NCBI RefSeq assembly: GCF_963921235.1
Contig: NC_086108.1
Location: 55,058,001 to 55,122,000 of the forward strand
Length of the DNA stretch: 64,000 bases
Reading direction: 5' to 3'
From: Mobula hypostoma
Taxonomy: Eukaryota
Under the pieces are notes generated by a model. That model was not told the origin of the DNA. It ran no database searches and saw nothing but the letters and a program-made list of their open reading frames with translations. The translations under genes were made by a program, and so were the position numbers. Shown piece by piece: positions 38,720-52,683 of the stretch; positions within the stretch are counted from its first letter, which is position 1, and each line of letters starts with the position of its first letter.

Positions 38720-38905
38720 TCCTCCTTTCCCCACCGTCTCACTCTGACTTCTCCCCTTCACTTCCATCCGCATGAAGGGTCCCGGCCTGAAATGTCGACA
38801 GCTTGCTCTTTACCATAGATGTTGCCTGGCCTACTGAGTTCCTCCAGCATTTTGTGTATGTTGCTTTGGATTTCCAGCATCTGCAGATTTTCTCATGTTT
38901 GTGAT
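38720..38905 (+). mobile_element. Penelope-like terminal-repeat fragment, older subfamily
   Basis: atgaagggtcccggcctgaaatgtcgac..gatgttgcctggcctactgagttcctccagc..ccagcatctgcaga. Confidence 0.7.
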
Positions 38906-39155
38906 ACCAGATTTTGAAAAATTTGTTTTAATAACAATTTTGTTACTTAGTATCACAAAGGCATTTCTTTGCTAGAAAGGACAGGGGCATAGACGGTGAA
39001 TATTTAGAGTCACTAGTTTTATATTTCTGTCACTGCTGCTCTACCCTTCAAACCATAATTATTTACAGTGGCCATCTAACCCTCACATATATTAGTGGTC
39101 AACAGCTCAAGCACCTTCTTGCCTGTGTTTCTTATTTTCATGGCAGTTTGTTATT

Positions 39156-42100
39156 AAGACCATAAGACATAGGAGCAGAATTAGGCCATTTCATCATGGC
39201 TGATCCTGGATCCCACTCAACCCATACACCTGCCTTCTCCCTATATGCTTTGATGCCCTGACCAATCAGCAAACCATCAACTTCCGCTTAAATATACCCC
39301 TGGAGTTGGACACCACCGCAGTCTGTGGCAGAATATTCCACAGATTCATTATTCTCTGGCTAAAATAACTCCTCCTTACCTCTGTTCTAAAAGGCCACCC
39401 CTCAATTTTGAGGTTGTGCCCTTGAGTTCTGGATACCCCCACCACAGGATACTCCTACCATAGGAAGCATCCTCCCCACATCCATCCTATCTAGCCCTTT
39501 CAACATTCAGTAGGTTTCAGCGAGATCCCCCCCATTCTTCTGAATTTCAGTGAGTACAGGTCCAAAGCTGCCAAACACTCCTCATATGTTAACCCCTTCA
39601 TTCCTGGAATCATCCTCATGAACCTCCTCTGGACTCTCTCCAATGACAACACATCCTTTCTGAGATATGGGGCTCAAAATTGTTGACAATACTCCCAAGT
39701 GCGGCCCGACTAGTGTCTTACAGAGGCTCAGTATTATCTCCTTGCTTTCATATTCTATTCCCCTTGGAAAAATGCCAACATTGATTTTGCCTTCTCTAAA
39801 GCAGACTTCACCTGTAAATTAACATCCTGGGAGTCTTGCACGAGGATTCCTAAGTTCCTCTGCACCTCTGATGTTTGAACATTCTCTTCATTTAGATAAT
39901 AGTCCGCACTATTGTTCCTTATACCAAAATGCATTATCGTAGATTTCCCAATACTGTATTCCATCTGCCACCTTTTTGCCTATTCTTCCAATTTGTCTAA
40001 GTTCTGCTGTAATTGCATTGCTTCCTTAGCATTACCTATCCCTCCACCTATCTTTGTGTCATCCACAAACATTTCCAAAAAGCCTTTAATTCCATTATCC
40101 AAATCATTGATGAACAATGTGAAAAGGTCCCAATACTGACTCTTGTGGAACACCACTAGTCACAGGCAGCCAACCAGAAGAGGCTCCCTTTATTCCCACT
40201 TGCTGCCTCCTGCCTATCAGCCATTCCTCTATCCACACCAGTATCTTTCCTGTAACACTTTTGTTGAGCAGCCTTATGCGTGGCACCTCATCAAATGTCT
40301 TCTGAAAATCCAAGTAAATGACATTCACTGCCTTTCCGTTATCCACCCTGATTGCTAATTCCTTGATGAACTCTAAACAGATTTTCAGGCAAGCTTTCCC
40401 TATTTCCCTTTACAGAAACCACGCTGACTTTGACTTATTTTATCATTAGTATCCATGTACCCCAAAAGCTCATCCTTAATAATAGACACCAACACTTTCC
40501 CAACCACTGAGGTTAGGCTAACTGACCTACAATTTCCTTTCTTTTGCCTTCCTCGCTTCTTAAAGAGCAGAGTGGCATTTGCAATATTCCAAATTCTTGA
40601 AAGATCATGACCAATACATCTGTTGTCTCTTCAGCAACCTCTTTAGGGACTCTGGGATGTAGTCCACCTTGTCCAGGTGACTTATCCACCTTAAGACCTT
40701 CGAGCCAGCCTAGCACTTTTTCCTTTGTAATAGCGATGCACTCACTTCTGCTCCCTGACACTCACAGTCCTCTGGCACACTGCTAGTGTCTTCCACAGTG
40801 AAGACTGATGCAAAATACCCATTAAGTCCATCTGCCATTTCTTTGTCCCACATTACTAGCTCACCAGCAACATTTTCCAGTGGTCCAATATCAACTCTCA
40901 CCTCCCTTTTACTCTTTAAATAACTGAAAAAACTTTTACTATCCTACTTTATATTATTGGCTAGTTTGCTTTCATTTTTCATCTTTTCCCTTCTTATAGC
41001 TTTTTAGTTGCCCTTTGCTGGATTTTAAAAGCTTCCCAATCATCCAATTTCCCACTCATTTTTGCTACCTTATATGCCCCTTCCTTGGCTTTTATGCAGT
41101 ACTTATCTTCCCTTGTCAGCCAAGGTTGCCTACCCCTTTCAGTTGAGAATTTCTTCTTCTGTGAGACATATCTATCCTGCACCTTGTGAACTATTCCTAG
41201 AAACTTGAGCCATCTCTACTCTGCTGTCATCCCCACCAGTATTCTCCTCTAATTCACCTGGGCAAGTTTCTCTCTCATGCCTCTGTAATTCCCTTTATTC
41301 CTTTGCAATACTGTTACATGTGTCTTATGCTTCTCCCTCTCAAATTGCAGTATAAATTCAATCATATTATGATCACTGCCTCCTGAAGGTTCCTTTACAT
41401 TAAACTCCCTACTGCGATCTGGGTTATGCATCATGCCCAATCTGAGATAACCTTTCCCTGAGTATGCTCAAGCACAAGCTGCTCTAAAACCTTTCTCATA
41501 GGCATTCAACAAATTCCCTCCCTTGTGATCCAACACCAACCTGATTTTCCCAATCCCCTTGCATATTGAAGTCTCCCATTACACTTGTGTCATTACTCTT
41601 ATTACATACCTTTTCCAGCTCCTTTTGCAATCTCAATCCTACATCTTGGCTACTATTTGGAGGCCTATATATGATTCCAGTAATGTTTTTTTTAACCCTC
41701 ACAGTTTCTTAACTCCATCCACAAAGATTCAACATTCTCTGACCCTGTATCACCTCTTTCTAAAGATGTAATCCCATCTCTTACCAACGGAGCCTCATCA
41801 CTGCCCATGCCTTCCTGCATGCCCTTTCAATACAAAGTATATCCTTTGATGTTAAGCTTCCAAAAATGGTCTTCTTTCAGCCACGACTCAGTGATGCCCA
41901 CAATGACATACCAACCAATCTCTAATTGTGCCATGAGTTCGTCCACTTTATTCAGAATGCTACATGTATTTAAATACAGCACCTGCAGTCCTACATTCTT
42001 CACCCTTTCGAAGCATTGCCTCTGTGGTACAATTTAACTCTTTGCTCTGTTTGCATTTGTACCCAGTCATTGGTTTATCCTTCCTTACATTCATGTTACA

Positions 42101-42600
42101 TCATCTATTTTTAACCTGCTGGCTCATCCTCAGCTCTATCATACTGGTTCCCACCCCCCTGCCATATTAGTTTAAGCCACTCCCAACAGCTCTTGTAAAC
42201 CTGCCCGCAAGAATATTGTTCCCTGTTGGATTCAAGTGAAACATGTCACTTGGTACAGGTCACACCTGTCCCAGAAGAGGTCCCAATTATTCAGAAATCT
42301 GAATGTCTGCCCCTGCTCCAATTCTTCAGGCATGCATGTATCTTCCACCTCATTCTATTCCTATCCTCACTGTCACGTGGCCCAGGAGCAATCCCGAGGT
42401 TACTACCCTTGAGGTCCTGCTTCTCAGCTTCCTTCCTAACTCCTTGTACTCCTTCCTTTTTTTTTAACCTATGTCAGTGGTAACAAAAAGTACCACGACT
42501 TCTCGCTGCTCACTCCCACTTTTTGAGATATTGAGGACACATTCAGAAACATCACGGACCCTGGCACCTGGGAGGCAAACTACCATTCCTGTTTCTTTTT
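39156..42600 (-). mobile_element. Long CR1 LINE (ORF1 esterase-like remnant, endonuclease, RT, 3' UTR), decayed
   Basis: VVCLPGARVRDVSE (ORF1), IYRPPNS..MGDFN, GSDHNMIEF, LDFQKTFDEVP, GVPQESVLGP; tail at ~39156-39175. Confidence 0.92.
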
Positions 42601-43316
42601 TGCCCTTGAGCAGGAGCTCCCAATTTGTTATAATGTTATGGACCAATACCATTAGGCAAGGGGCCCAGGGTGGGAACCTTTGCCCTTGGGGAAAGTTATT
42701 TTATGATGTTATTTATTCAGCAGCAGGCTTTCAATTCACAACCTTTCCTTGTATGTGTGGAACCACTGTTTTACAAAACAAATAGTACTTTTTTTTTCAG
42801 AAGTCTGCTTGTAGCTAATTTGCAAAATAAAATTGAAGCTAATAAGGAAAGACTGTGGAACATGTTTGAAATTAAGTTTCTAAAAAGGAAATCAATTTGT
42901 CTAATATATAATGTGTGAGAAAAAAAATCTAATCATCACTAATATGAATGCATGTTTTAAGTGTGTAAATTTTACTTTGTAAACTGTTTTGAAGACCGCA
43001 GTAACTGATGTATAAAAATGATAGATGCTGGTGTTGAGCTGTATTGACAGTGGGGAGCAATACAGCAAACTAAGGAAAAGCTTCAGTAGCTTGAACTATT
43101 AATGAATGTGAGTGTTGCAACAATTTGTTTTATCTATTTTTCAATGTAGTGTCTAGGCTGACTGTATTTGAAGTTATGGGATCAAATCTCTATGATTCCA
43201 CCTGAAACTGGGATAAGTTGGAGCGGACAATAGAGTAAAATCAGGCAGCAAGTCCTTCCCAATCCTGACTTTATTTCCACAAACTGATGAAGGGCAAAGT
43301 GGGGCTATAGCGTTTC

Positions 43317-43618
43317 TTTTCTTTTTTTTTTGGCACGTGCCTGTGTGCATGCGAGTCTGCGTGCGTACGTCTGTGATGATGTCATTTTCATGGCTCTTAC
43401 AAGGCGCGGAGTGAGAGAGAGACCGTGTGCACACCACTCCTCACACAGACATTTTCGTAGTACTTTTCCCTTTATTTTACGAGGTTGAGTTCTGATCTCA
43501 ACACTCAACCCTGCATGGATGGAAAGCGTACTCGGGAGCGGGCCCGACTGGTTTCGAACCCGGGAACCTCCGCTCCCAAGTCTGGCGCCGATGCCATTGA
43601 ACCACCAGCCGGCCCGGT
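43317..43618 (-). mobile_element. tRNA-derived SINE, full length with TSD
   Basis: Minus strand has A box TGGTTCAATGG, B box GGTTCGAAACC and an A-rich tail. CTATAGC(G/T)TTTC duplicated at 43305-43316 and 43619-43630. Confidence 0.85.
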
Positions 43619-45959
43619 CTATAGCTTTTCAATTGATTTATATTCCCAAACCTCACTCTCACCATTCCTAGGGACTACTTATTCTTACCAGTCTTAAAAT
43701 TTGAACATTTGTAACTGACGCAAAAGGGAAAAGAGAACTTCCTTCCCTCCAGTTTTGGTCCAAGTCAGAAAATATACAAAGTTCATTTGATGTGGCAACC
43801 ATACCTCAAAAGTATTGTAAAGAATGATATTGAAAATGTATAAGACTGAAAAGTAAGAACAATCACTGAGAGTGAAAAGAGAGAGGAACAATATTTGGAC
43901 TTTTGAATTTAATACTATGGGAGCTCATTCATATGTAGGGGTACCCATAAGTTGGGTGATTGTAACCCAGAGATCACCTGTTCTTCTTTCCACTGTGTCT
44001 ATAAGAACTCTAGTGCAAATTCAAAGTCTATGTTATGCCATTCTTCAACATCCCAAGTGAGCTTTCATTAGTAGTGCCTACTCAACCTCATCCAAAACAT
44101 ATTGCACTTCCCCTTCAAGAGAAACATACTGGCCTTAAGCAGAGCAGACTACATTTAACCTCCTGTATCCACTCATGATACTGCTACCTCCACCCCAACT
44201 GAAACAACAAAATGATGAAGAGACATCATGCACCCATCATTATAAAGTTGGCACATTTTCTGCATTTGACTGAACAGGGGTGGTTTATTCACAGAGCAGG
44301 ATTGCTACACCGGCTTTTGGAATATATTGAAAGTTGGCCATCTAATTTCTACGACTTTTACTTTTGTTTTTACACGTAGTATTTGCTGCACAAGAAAACA
44401 GTCTCAGTAGAATTGAGCTGACATTAAATTGAATTGTTATATGATTTAGTAGTAACCTGAAGAACTTTGGTTTCTGCTCGGACGATCATCTATCGTCACG
44501 TGATGGAATAAAAGTAGCTGAATGACGGAACGAGCTTCATCTAAAGTCGTATGAACTCAGGAGAGGTAAATAAACTTTGTTCTGCATTCTTTGGTTCTTG
44601 GACTCCCATCATCTAAGGGTCTGAAGTAAAGGAAACCTGTAGATAAATAAAATATTTGAAATTAAGCCAATTCAAGGCTTGGACATATCACAATTCACCA
44701 AAGCCTTAAAAGGCAGAAACAACTAATTCTGGAGATTCTGGATTGTAACTGCAATTCATTATTAATAGATTATGTGTAAAGGATTCATAAGTTGTTTACC
44801 AGCTTGGCACACATGAAATTAAACTCACTCCTAAAAAAATAAATATTCACAGTAAATTTGAACAATATGCAAGCAATGGAAAGCTGGCATCGTCAAGCCT
44901 GATAAAATTGATTGTTGCATGTTTTCACTTGTGATAACATAAACTAAAAAAACATGATGAAGTGATGAAATTACAGTTTTGCATCAGGGAAACCGCCTCA
45001 AGCATGGAAAAATGTTGGATGGGACTAATATTTGAAACTCTACCAATAGTACCATTGCACAAAAAGAGGGACCGAGAGGTAGCATAAAACTGAATGGGAA
45101 TTGATCCAGGAGGGAACATGTTTGCTTTCAGATGCCTTGAGCATTATGGGGACATTTGGATGGAAACTGCAATGTAATTCAAGTAATTTCAGATAAATGT
45201 AAGAGAATGTGATTCTTTTGAGTTTTTGGGACATGGACATCACAATTAAGATTTTCCTTGTGAAGATACTGAAGTTAGTTTATGATGAAAGCACTCTTAC
45301 ACTCCTGCTGGTTGCCAGCTTGGAATTTTCAGGATCTAAAGCTGCTGGTGATGAAGGACGAGCGATATACTTCCATGTCAAGATGACAAGTGGCTTTGTG
45401 TTTACCATATTGTCCTTCTTGGTGCCAGAGACTGCTGGTTTTGAGGTTGTGGTTGGAACAGCTGGGCGAGTACCTGCAGTTCAGATTATAAATAGCACAC
45501 ACTGCATCCACTGTGTACCAGTGATGGAAAGAATGCAATGGATGAAATGGCAAAGAAGTTACTTTGTCCTGGGTAGTTTTTCAATATTGGAAAGCCAGTC
45601 ATTCAGGCAGGCAAGCAGAAATTATTCCATCACATCCCCTACTTTGTTCTATAAAGAAGAAAAAGCTTTCAGGTGTCATGAAGGTAGTCATTTCTTGCAG
45701 AGTCCCCCGATTTGCTCTTGTAGCTTCCATATGTATGTGGCTGGTTCCATAAAGCTTTAGTTCCATAAAGCTATCAATAGTGAGGGACTTCATAATGGTA
45801 AAGTCATTGAACATTCATGGATGGCTGGGAAGATGGGGTATATTTTAAAACTCCAATCCAGGAATAAAACTGGCATTATTGATCAGTTGCCTATGAGAAA
45901 ATTCATTTTAGAAATCAGAAACTTGCTCAGTTTTATGCTTGCATACCAAGTTGAAAAGC

Positions 45960-46450
45960 TTGTCTGGTTCCTGAAAGTTTTGTGCACAGTTTCGGCCCAC
46001 TTACCAAAAGGAAACAGGGGAATTGGAGGCTGTACAAAGGAGATTCATTGAACTAACTTCTGGGATGAGAAGGTTGACCTACAAAGAGAGACTAAATGTT
46101 TGGGCTCGTATTCCTTGAAATTTAAAAGAATGAGCAATGACCTTATTCAAACATTAAAAAAAAAACCTGAAGGGTTTCTCAGGGTAGGTGTTGGGATGTT
46201 TTCACTGCTGGGAGAGTTTTGAACAAGGAAACATAACTACAAGGTGCCAGTTATTTTAAACTGAGATACATCACCCTCAGCAAGAAGACATTTCTATGTC
46301 TCTCTGGAAATTTTGGTTCCACTGGGTGGTGAAATCTGGATCATTAGAAGAATTTAAGGAGGAGGTGAATATATACTCAATAGTTTGAGGAACAGAAGGG
46401 TAGCAGTCAGCATGGATAGGACTGATGGCCCACCCAGTTCCTATTTTGTG
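45960..46450 (+). mobile_element. Old CR1 3' fragment
   Basis: ttggaggctgtacaaaggagattca..gggatgagaaggttgacctacaaagagagactaaa..gggctcgtattccttgaaattta. Confidence 0.6.
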
Positions 46451-48077
46451 ATATTCTTTTGTTCAAAACCAGTTTGAGATTAACATAACATTTGTGATTT
46501 ATGCTACTTTGATTTATCAGGCAATTTATGATATCCTTGTAAATGTATCTTTACCTTTTGCAAATTATCACCTGTAATCTTATATTGCAGATAATTATAC
46601 GTGGAAAATGATAGGACTACACGATGCAATTACTTTGCTAAATAAAGCAAGCAGAATATAGAAAATAAGATTGAAGAAGGGTTAGAAAGACATTTTAATT
46701 TACACTTGTTTGGAATTGGCAGTAATATATTTAGTGATAACATTAAATATTGGAGACATGAAAGGAATGAATAGAGAGAGCACTGAATTGAATGCCCATT
46801 GGTTGCTTGGTCTAGTTTGAAAATGATGTTTAGCAGCCACCCAAATTACAGGTCTGTGTGTTATTGGCTGGAAATGTTCAAAGCCAGAGTGTGAAGTCAA
46901 AGAGTTATCCTTATATAGCTGTGTTGTATAAAATTATCACTTGTATCTTCCAATGCAAAATGACAGGTACTTTACTAATATGCAGTAACTAGGGAAATGA
47001 AATTCATGAATTGACAGCAAGATATGCATTCACTGATATTTTTGCGTCATCACAGTTTACAATTCTTACCCATGCAGTTTTATCCTCCAAAAATTGTCAC
47101 TGCAGAATTAGTATCTTGGTTAAACTCTTATCTTTCTCTTTTTCATCAAAATTAAATGCTACAATGCTGTACATCAGATTATATATTATTACACTTACTT
47201 AAAATAAATGTTGCTGTTTCCTCCCCATTTTGAAATTATTTCAGCCTGAATTGTGGCTTACTGCCTTATTCTGTCACCACAAAACTTGAAAATGAAATGA
47301 ATATGTTTAGGAAGTAAAAAAATGAGCAAGACAAATATAAATTAAATGGAACAATCTTCAAGTAGACACACATAAGGACAAAGAAGCTCTGTGGATTCAT
47401 GTGCATTAAAGGTTTAGCATGAATAAAGCTGTTTAAAAAAGAACAGAAAATTCTAATTAGAGAACAAATATAAGGAAGTTCTGGTAAACTTTTCCAAGTG
47501 GTTAGTTGGCCTCACACTTCAGAACAGACAGCAAGATCTTTGCAATGGTGCAGGGAAGATGTATTTAAAAATTACCAGGGATATGGGGCTTAATGGAGAT
47601 ATGAGAAAAGATCGAGATTTTCTTCGAGGAACAAGGGATGACTAAGGGTAAATTTAATATTGTGGGTTGTTTTGAATGAAAGTTGGGAAACAGAAAGTAC
47701 ACATTTAAGATAACTGGTCAATAATCTTGAAGGGTGATAAGTGAACCAAACTGCACTGCCTGAAACTGTTTTATATGTACTTGAAAAAGGAGCATTTCTA
47801 AAATGATTGGAGAGATGGTTGATGGAACAAAATGGTTTCCTCTTTCAAAGAGTTGGCATGGGCTTGATGGACAGAGTACATTTCTATGTTGTGTGCTTCT
47901 ATAGGCTATAAGTTTCATTGCACATTAGTCAAAAAGCTGGCATTGTGTCAATGAAAAACTTATCAGCTAGACCAGCACTTGTTCTTTGAGCTGACATTAG
48001 TTGTTAAAAAGTATAATTTTGTGTGAGAAATTGATGTAGCCTTGTACACTTTTTCTAGCAACTATCCATCATATGAT

Positions 48078-48400
48078 GTCAAAGTTCACATTAAAAGTGC
48101 AGTTATTATCGAAGTGTGTTAAAATTATACAACATTGAGATTTGTCTTTTTACAGGCATCCACAAAACAAGGAGACCCAAAAGACACCTTTTAAAAAAAG
48201 ACTGAAACACCGGATGTGCAGAGCAAGAAAACAAATCATGCAAACAATAAAAGCAAGCAAATAGCATTCAGAACTGAAGTTCTGAAAGAGAGTACATCTA
48301 CAGACCCTTAGCTCAGAGTAGAGCCAAGTAATCTGAGCCAAGCTGAGTCAAGCCAGCTCAACAGTAAACTGATGCCCAAAATCCATTTCCAACATGAGTT
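48078..48400 (-). mobile_element. Non-LTR retroposon 3' fragment
   Basis: Minus-strand ..caaatctcaatgttgtata..gataataac..tgaactttga tail resembles the Rex1-type 3' ends seen elsewhere in the window. Confidence 0.45.
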
Positions 48401-49139
48401 TCAAGTACGGTATTCTAAAATATAACTAATCCCATTGTGGTACAGAAACATGAAGCTTTTAATTATCCTGAAGGCTCAAACTGAGTTATTTAACGAATGA
48501 AGAACTTTACTACAGCTTTCATAGGCTGGTGTTGCACAGCTAGCCACCAAACCAGCCTCAGATGTACCAACACAGAATGGAAGCCCAGTCACCACATCAG
48601 CAGGTGGTTTCAGCAGATATTCCTTCAACCTCAAATAGCTAGAGGTGTCAGAGCAAATCTGGCTGAAAAAGGTAAGTGGTTTTGTATTCATCCCATCAAA
48701 AATGAATAACAGTTGAGAAAGGCAATTGGCAAAGCTGTTAGAATTCATGACTGGAATTTTCCAGGGAGCTATATATAAGGGCAATGAATACCCTCATTGA
48801 ATACCAGAATTTATGGGAGCCATGCACTGCATCCAAATGCCATTTCCAGATGTGAACAGAAAGGTTGTATTTATCTAAAGTAGAAGGCTCCCCACCTTCC
48901 AGCGCAAGAGATTCTTGAATTCTCCAATACTATGGTGAGCAGCAAATGGTCACATATGGTATATCTGAGCAGACCTCCCTGCAAGGATCCCAGTGCAGTG
49001 TTAATGAGTTGGAGTGACTCTGACCTTCACTTTGAGATACATACATTTCTTGGGGCTTGCCTAGGACACAAATTAAGATTCCATGATCCTCATCACTTCT
49101 TCAGTGTAACAATGCATTGGATTCAGGGAGAGGTGATAA

Positions 49140-50480
49140 ATATTAAGGTCGAGGTTTCAGGGTACTTGGAGACTTATGATAAAATAAGTCAAAGTCAGCA
49201 AGGTTTTTGTAAAGGGAAATCTTGCCTGACAAATCTGTTGGAATTCTTCAAGGATTAAAAGCAGGGTGGACAAAGGAGAGGCAGAGGATGTCATTTACTT
49301 GGATTTTCAGAAGGCAATTGATAATGTGCCTCACATGAGGCTGCTTAACTAGATATAATCCTATGGTGTTACAGGAAAGATACTGGCATGGATGAAGAAA
49401 TGGCTGACAGCCAGGAGGCAGCGAGTGGGTATAAAAGGAGCCTTTTCTGGTTGGCTGCCAGTGACTAGTGGTGTTTCTCAGGAGTCAGTGTCGGGCCCAC
49501 TATTTTTAGCATTGTTTGTTAATGATTTAGATAGTGGAATTGATGGCTCTGTGGCAGAATTTGCGGATGATATGAAGATAGGTGGAGGGATAGGTAGTGC
49601 TGAGGAAGCAATGCAATTGCAGCAGGACTTAGACAAATTAGTAGAATGGGCAAAAAAGTGGCAGATGGAATACAGTTTTGGGAAATATATGATAATACAT
49701 TTTGGTAAAAGGAACAATAGCGCAGACTATTATCCAAATGGGGAGAAAATTCAAATATCAGAGGTGCAGAGCGACCTAGAAGTCCTCATGCAAGACTCCC
49801 AGAAAGTTAATTCATAGGTTGGGTCTGTGATAAAGAAGGCAAATGCAATGCTGGCATTTATTTCAAGGGGAATAGAGTATAAAAACAAAGAGACAACGCT
49901 GAAGCTTTATAAGATACTAGCCAAGCTGCATTTGGAGTATTGTCAACAGTTTTGGTCCTCATTTCTCAGAAAGAATGTATTGTCATTGGAGAGTGTCCAG
50001 AGGATATTCACGGGGATGATCCCTGGAATGAAGGGGTTAATGTATGAGGAGCATCTGGCAACTTTGGGCCTGTACTCACTGGAATTTAGAAAAATATGTG
50101 GTGATTTCATTGAATGCTACCAAATGGTGAAAGTATTAGATAAGGTGGCTGTGGAGAGGATGTTTCCTTTGGTGGGGTATCCAGAACTTAAGGGCACAGC
50201 CTCAAAATTGAGGGGTGATATTTTAGAACAGAAGTAAGGAGGAATTTTTTTAGCTAAAGAGTGATGAATCTGTGGAATGCTCTGCCACAGACTGCAGTGG
50301 AGGCGAAGTCAGTGGGTATTTAAAACAGGAGTTGATAGATTCCTGATTTGTCAGGGCATCAAAGGTTATGGTGAGTGGGCAGGTTTGTGGGGTTGAGTGG
50401 GATCTGGGATTAGCCATGATGAAATGGCAGAGTGGATTTGATGGGCTGAATGGCCTAATTCTCTCCCATGTCATGGTCTA
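49140..50480 (+). mobile_element. CR1 LINE RT and 3' UTR, 5'-truncated
   Basis: SQQGFCKGKSCLTNLLEFF, SGVSQESVSGP, EFADD, ESVQRIFTGMIPGM. Confidence 0.92.
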
Positions 50481-51188
50481 ATATCTGCTGTAGATCGCTG
50501 ACTGAGCATGAGATGAAGACGTCACAAGCTGTTTTGACATTGCTGCTAAGAGCAGGTGCACATGAGGCATTACCTGTCTGGCTGAAATCAATTTAGCAAG
50601 ACAAGCAACAAAGCAGCATTGATGAAAATCCATGCCACCATTTGACTACGCTTTATACCTCCTGAGACCCTGAACAACCAAATGCGCACTTCAATTTGCT
50701 GTGTTGTATGCCACACTGAAATTGTTCTCTGGCAATTCACAAAAAATACAAATCTGATAGAATCAGTGCCCATGGTGTTGAATTGAATAGCCAAATTTGC
50801 TCTAATAAAACAGTGCAATTTCAGATGATAGTTTATTTTAGCCAGACGTTTCCCTACTGCTTCTTTCAGATTATCAAATGTTACACATCAAAGGTGACTT
50901 TAATACATAATTTTTTGTTTTGTTACACAGTTATTGAACCTCTGCCTCTTGGATTCAAACCTATACCATCTGTAATGCAGCAGTGCTCTATAACTTTTCT
51001 GTTGAAATTATTTTCTTGAATGTACAACTTCTTCCCTTTGGCAATAAAAAATGGTGCTCATGTTTACCTTTACCTCAAATTAAAGCAGGAAAATATAGCC
51101 TGACTCTTTGACGGCATTATTGAAAAATGCATTGCTTGTTAAGGACATCTACAGTTGACATGATAAATAATTCCAGGTGTGATATCTG

Positions 51189-51875
51189 CGTAAAGAGTTT
51201 CGTCTTTTATGTTACTGTGTAGGCTAATCAAAATGGCTTCTTTGTTACGTTAACTGCTGAGAAAGTTCTCTCGCCAGCTGCTTGTTTGGGTTATAGAGCG
51301 AGTTGTATTCAGTTGCTAACCAATTGGGATAGATGTTATTCTTTCTTGTGTGTCTGTAAGCTATTGTGATACGCGGGTTTTGGGCAGAAGGCACGATGGG
51401 GAGAGAGAGAGTGGACGCGATGCTGTGAGCTGGCCAACAGGGAGGACCATGAGCTGAACTCCGAGGTCCAGGGTCTTCAGTGAGGATAGGAGATGAAGAC
51501 AGACTCGTGTGGAGCGTCTGGTCGACCACCGTGGTTGGTCCCAGGCGGCAGGTCGAGGTGGTCAGAGGGGATCGAATGTTGAGAAGAGGACCGTTACTAG
51601 AGCTCCAACTGTTTGTGCATGAAGAGGTTGAACTTTGATAAGTTTGGTGCCTTCTACTTTCCTTTTATATTTTATCTTTATTAATTATATATTTCCAGTA
51701 ATATCTATAAATTGTAATCATTTAATCGTATATGGTGTATTGTCTGTTATTTGGCAGGGTGGAGTACATCACACAGCATCCACACAAACTTGATTACCCA
51801 GTTTGGCGGGGTCGAAGGCTGCTTCCCCTAGACGACAGCGAGTTGAGCGACCCTGAGGCTTACCAGGGGACTACA
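51189..51875 (+). mobile_element. Solo LTR of a Gypsy family related to the adjacent full-length element
   Basis: (C)GTAAAG...CTACA flanked by TCTG duplication (51185-51188 and 51876-51879). Shares blocks gctaaccaat, gagctccaactg, atcatttaat..tatggtgta and cacagcatccacacaaa with the LTRs at 52951 and 60338. Confidence 0.85.
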
Positions 51876-52542
51876 TCTGTATTTTGATGAGTTAGCTGAT
51901 GGCAGTTGAGAGAGGAATTACAATTCATCTCAGGTGTTTCTGTTTGGAAGAAATCACATAAATGCCTCTTCCTATTCCTGGTCCACTCTTGTAGGTATTA
52001 AGTGAAAAAAGTAAGTGAAGAAGGATGACAAAGTATCAGCAGCAATATCAATCAGAGCTACTCATCACTGCTTTGCAGAAGTCAAGAATAAATTCTGATA
52101 AGGGAACCATTGTTACAAAAAATTATGAAGATAAAATTTAGCATAATAAAAAGTGATGTTGTAAACAAGTTATCATCTATGAGGCATCTAAGAGCCAAAA
52201 ATGTGCTCTGCAAATAATTATCTAAAATTTATTGAAATAAATACAAAGAAAGGAATACAAGGAATTGTTCACTTCTAACCTCCCTCAAATGCACTGTGTG
52301 TATTGTGCATCTCAATTTCAAAATCCATCTTAACTTTTCTATCTCTTAAAACATTGGTCCATGAAAATGAATTGTGCATCTTTCCGGGCCACACTTGAAA
52401 GGGCTATTGAACCTGAGATGTACTGATGGCAGACTGGAAGATAATTTTGTGGAGCCAGTGATATAATTAATGCTGTTAAAACTCCACCCCCACCCCATAC
52501 AAACACATCAGAAATCACTTAAAGCACTTACTTGTTATTGTT

Positions 52543-52683
52543 ACACACATAAAAGTTGCTGGTGAATGCAGCAGGCCAGGCAGCACCTCTTCCTAGAGAT
52601 GCTGCCTGGCCTGCTGCGTTCACCAGCAACTTTTGTGTGTGTTGCTTGAATTTCCAGCATTTGCAGAATTCCTGTTGTTTTTG
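52543..52683. mobile_element. Short inverted Penelope-like insertion forming a 43-bp hairpin, 15-bp TSD
   Basis: Arms 52543-52585 and 52600-52642; TTACTTGTTATTGTT at 52528-52542 and 52684-52698. Confidence 0.85.

Noticed and set aside
43284..43300. CTGATGAAGGG hammerhead-like start
   Set aside because: No stem II closure or GAAA follows.
45209..45760. 183-aa ORF
   Set aside because: No motif; it appears to overlap an ancient degraded LINE-like remnant that I cannot classify reliably.
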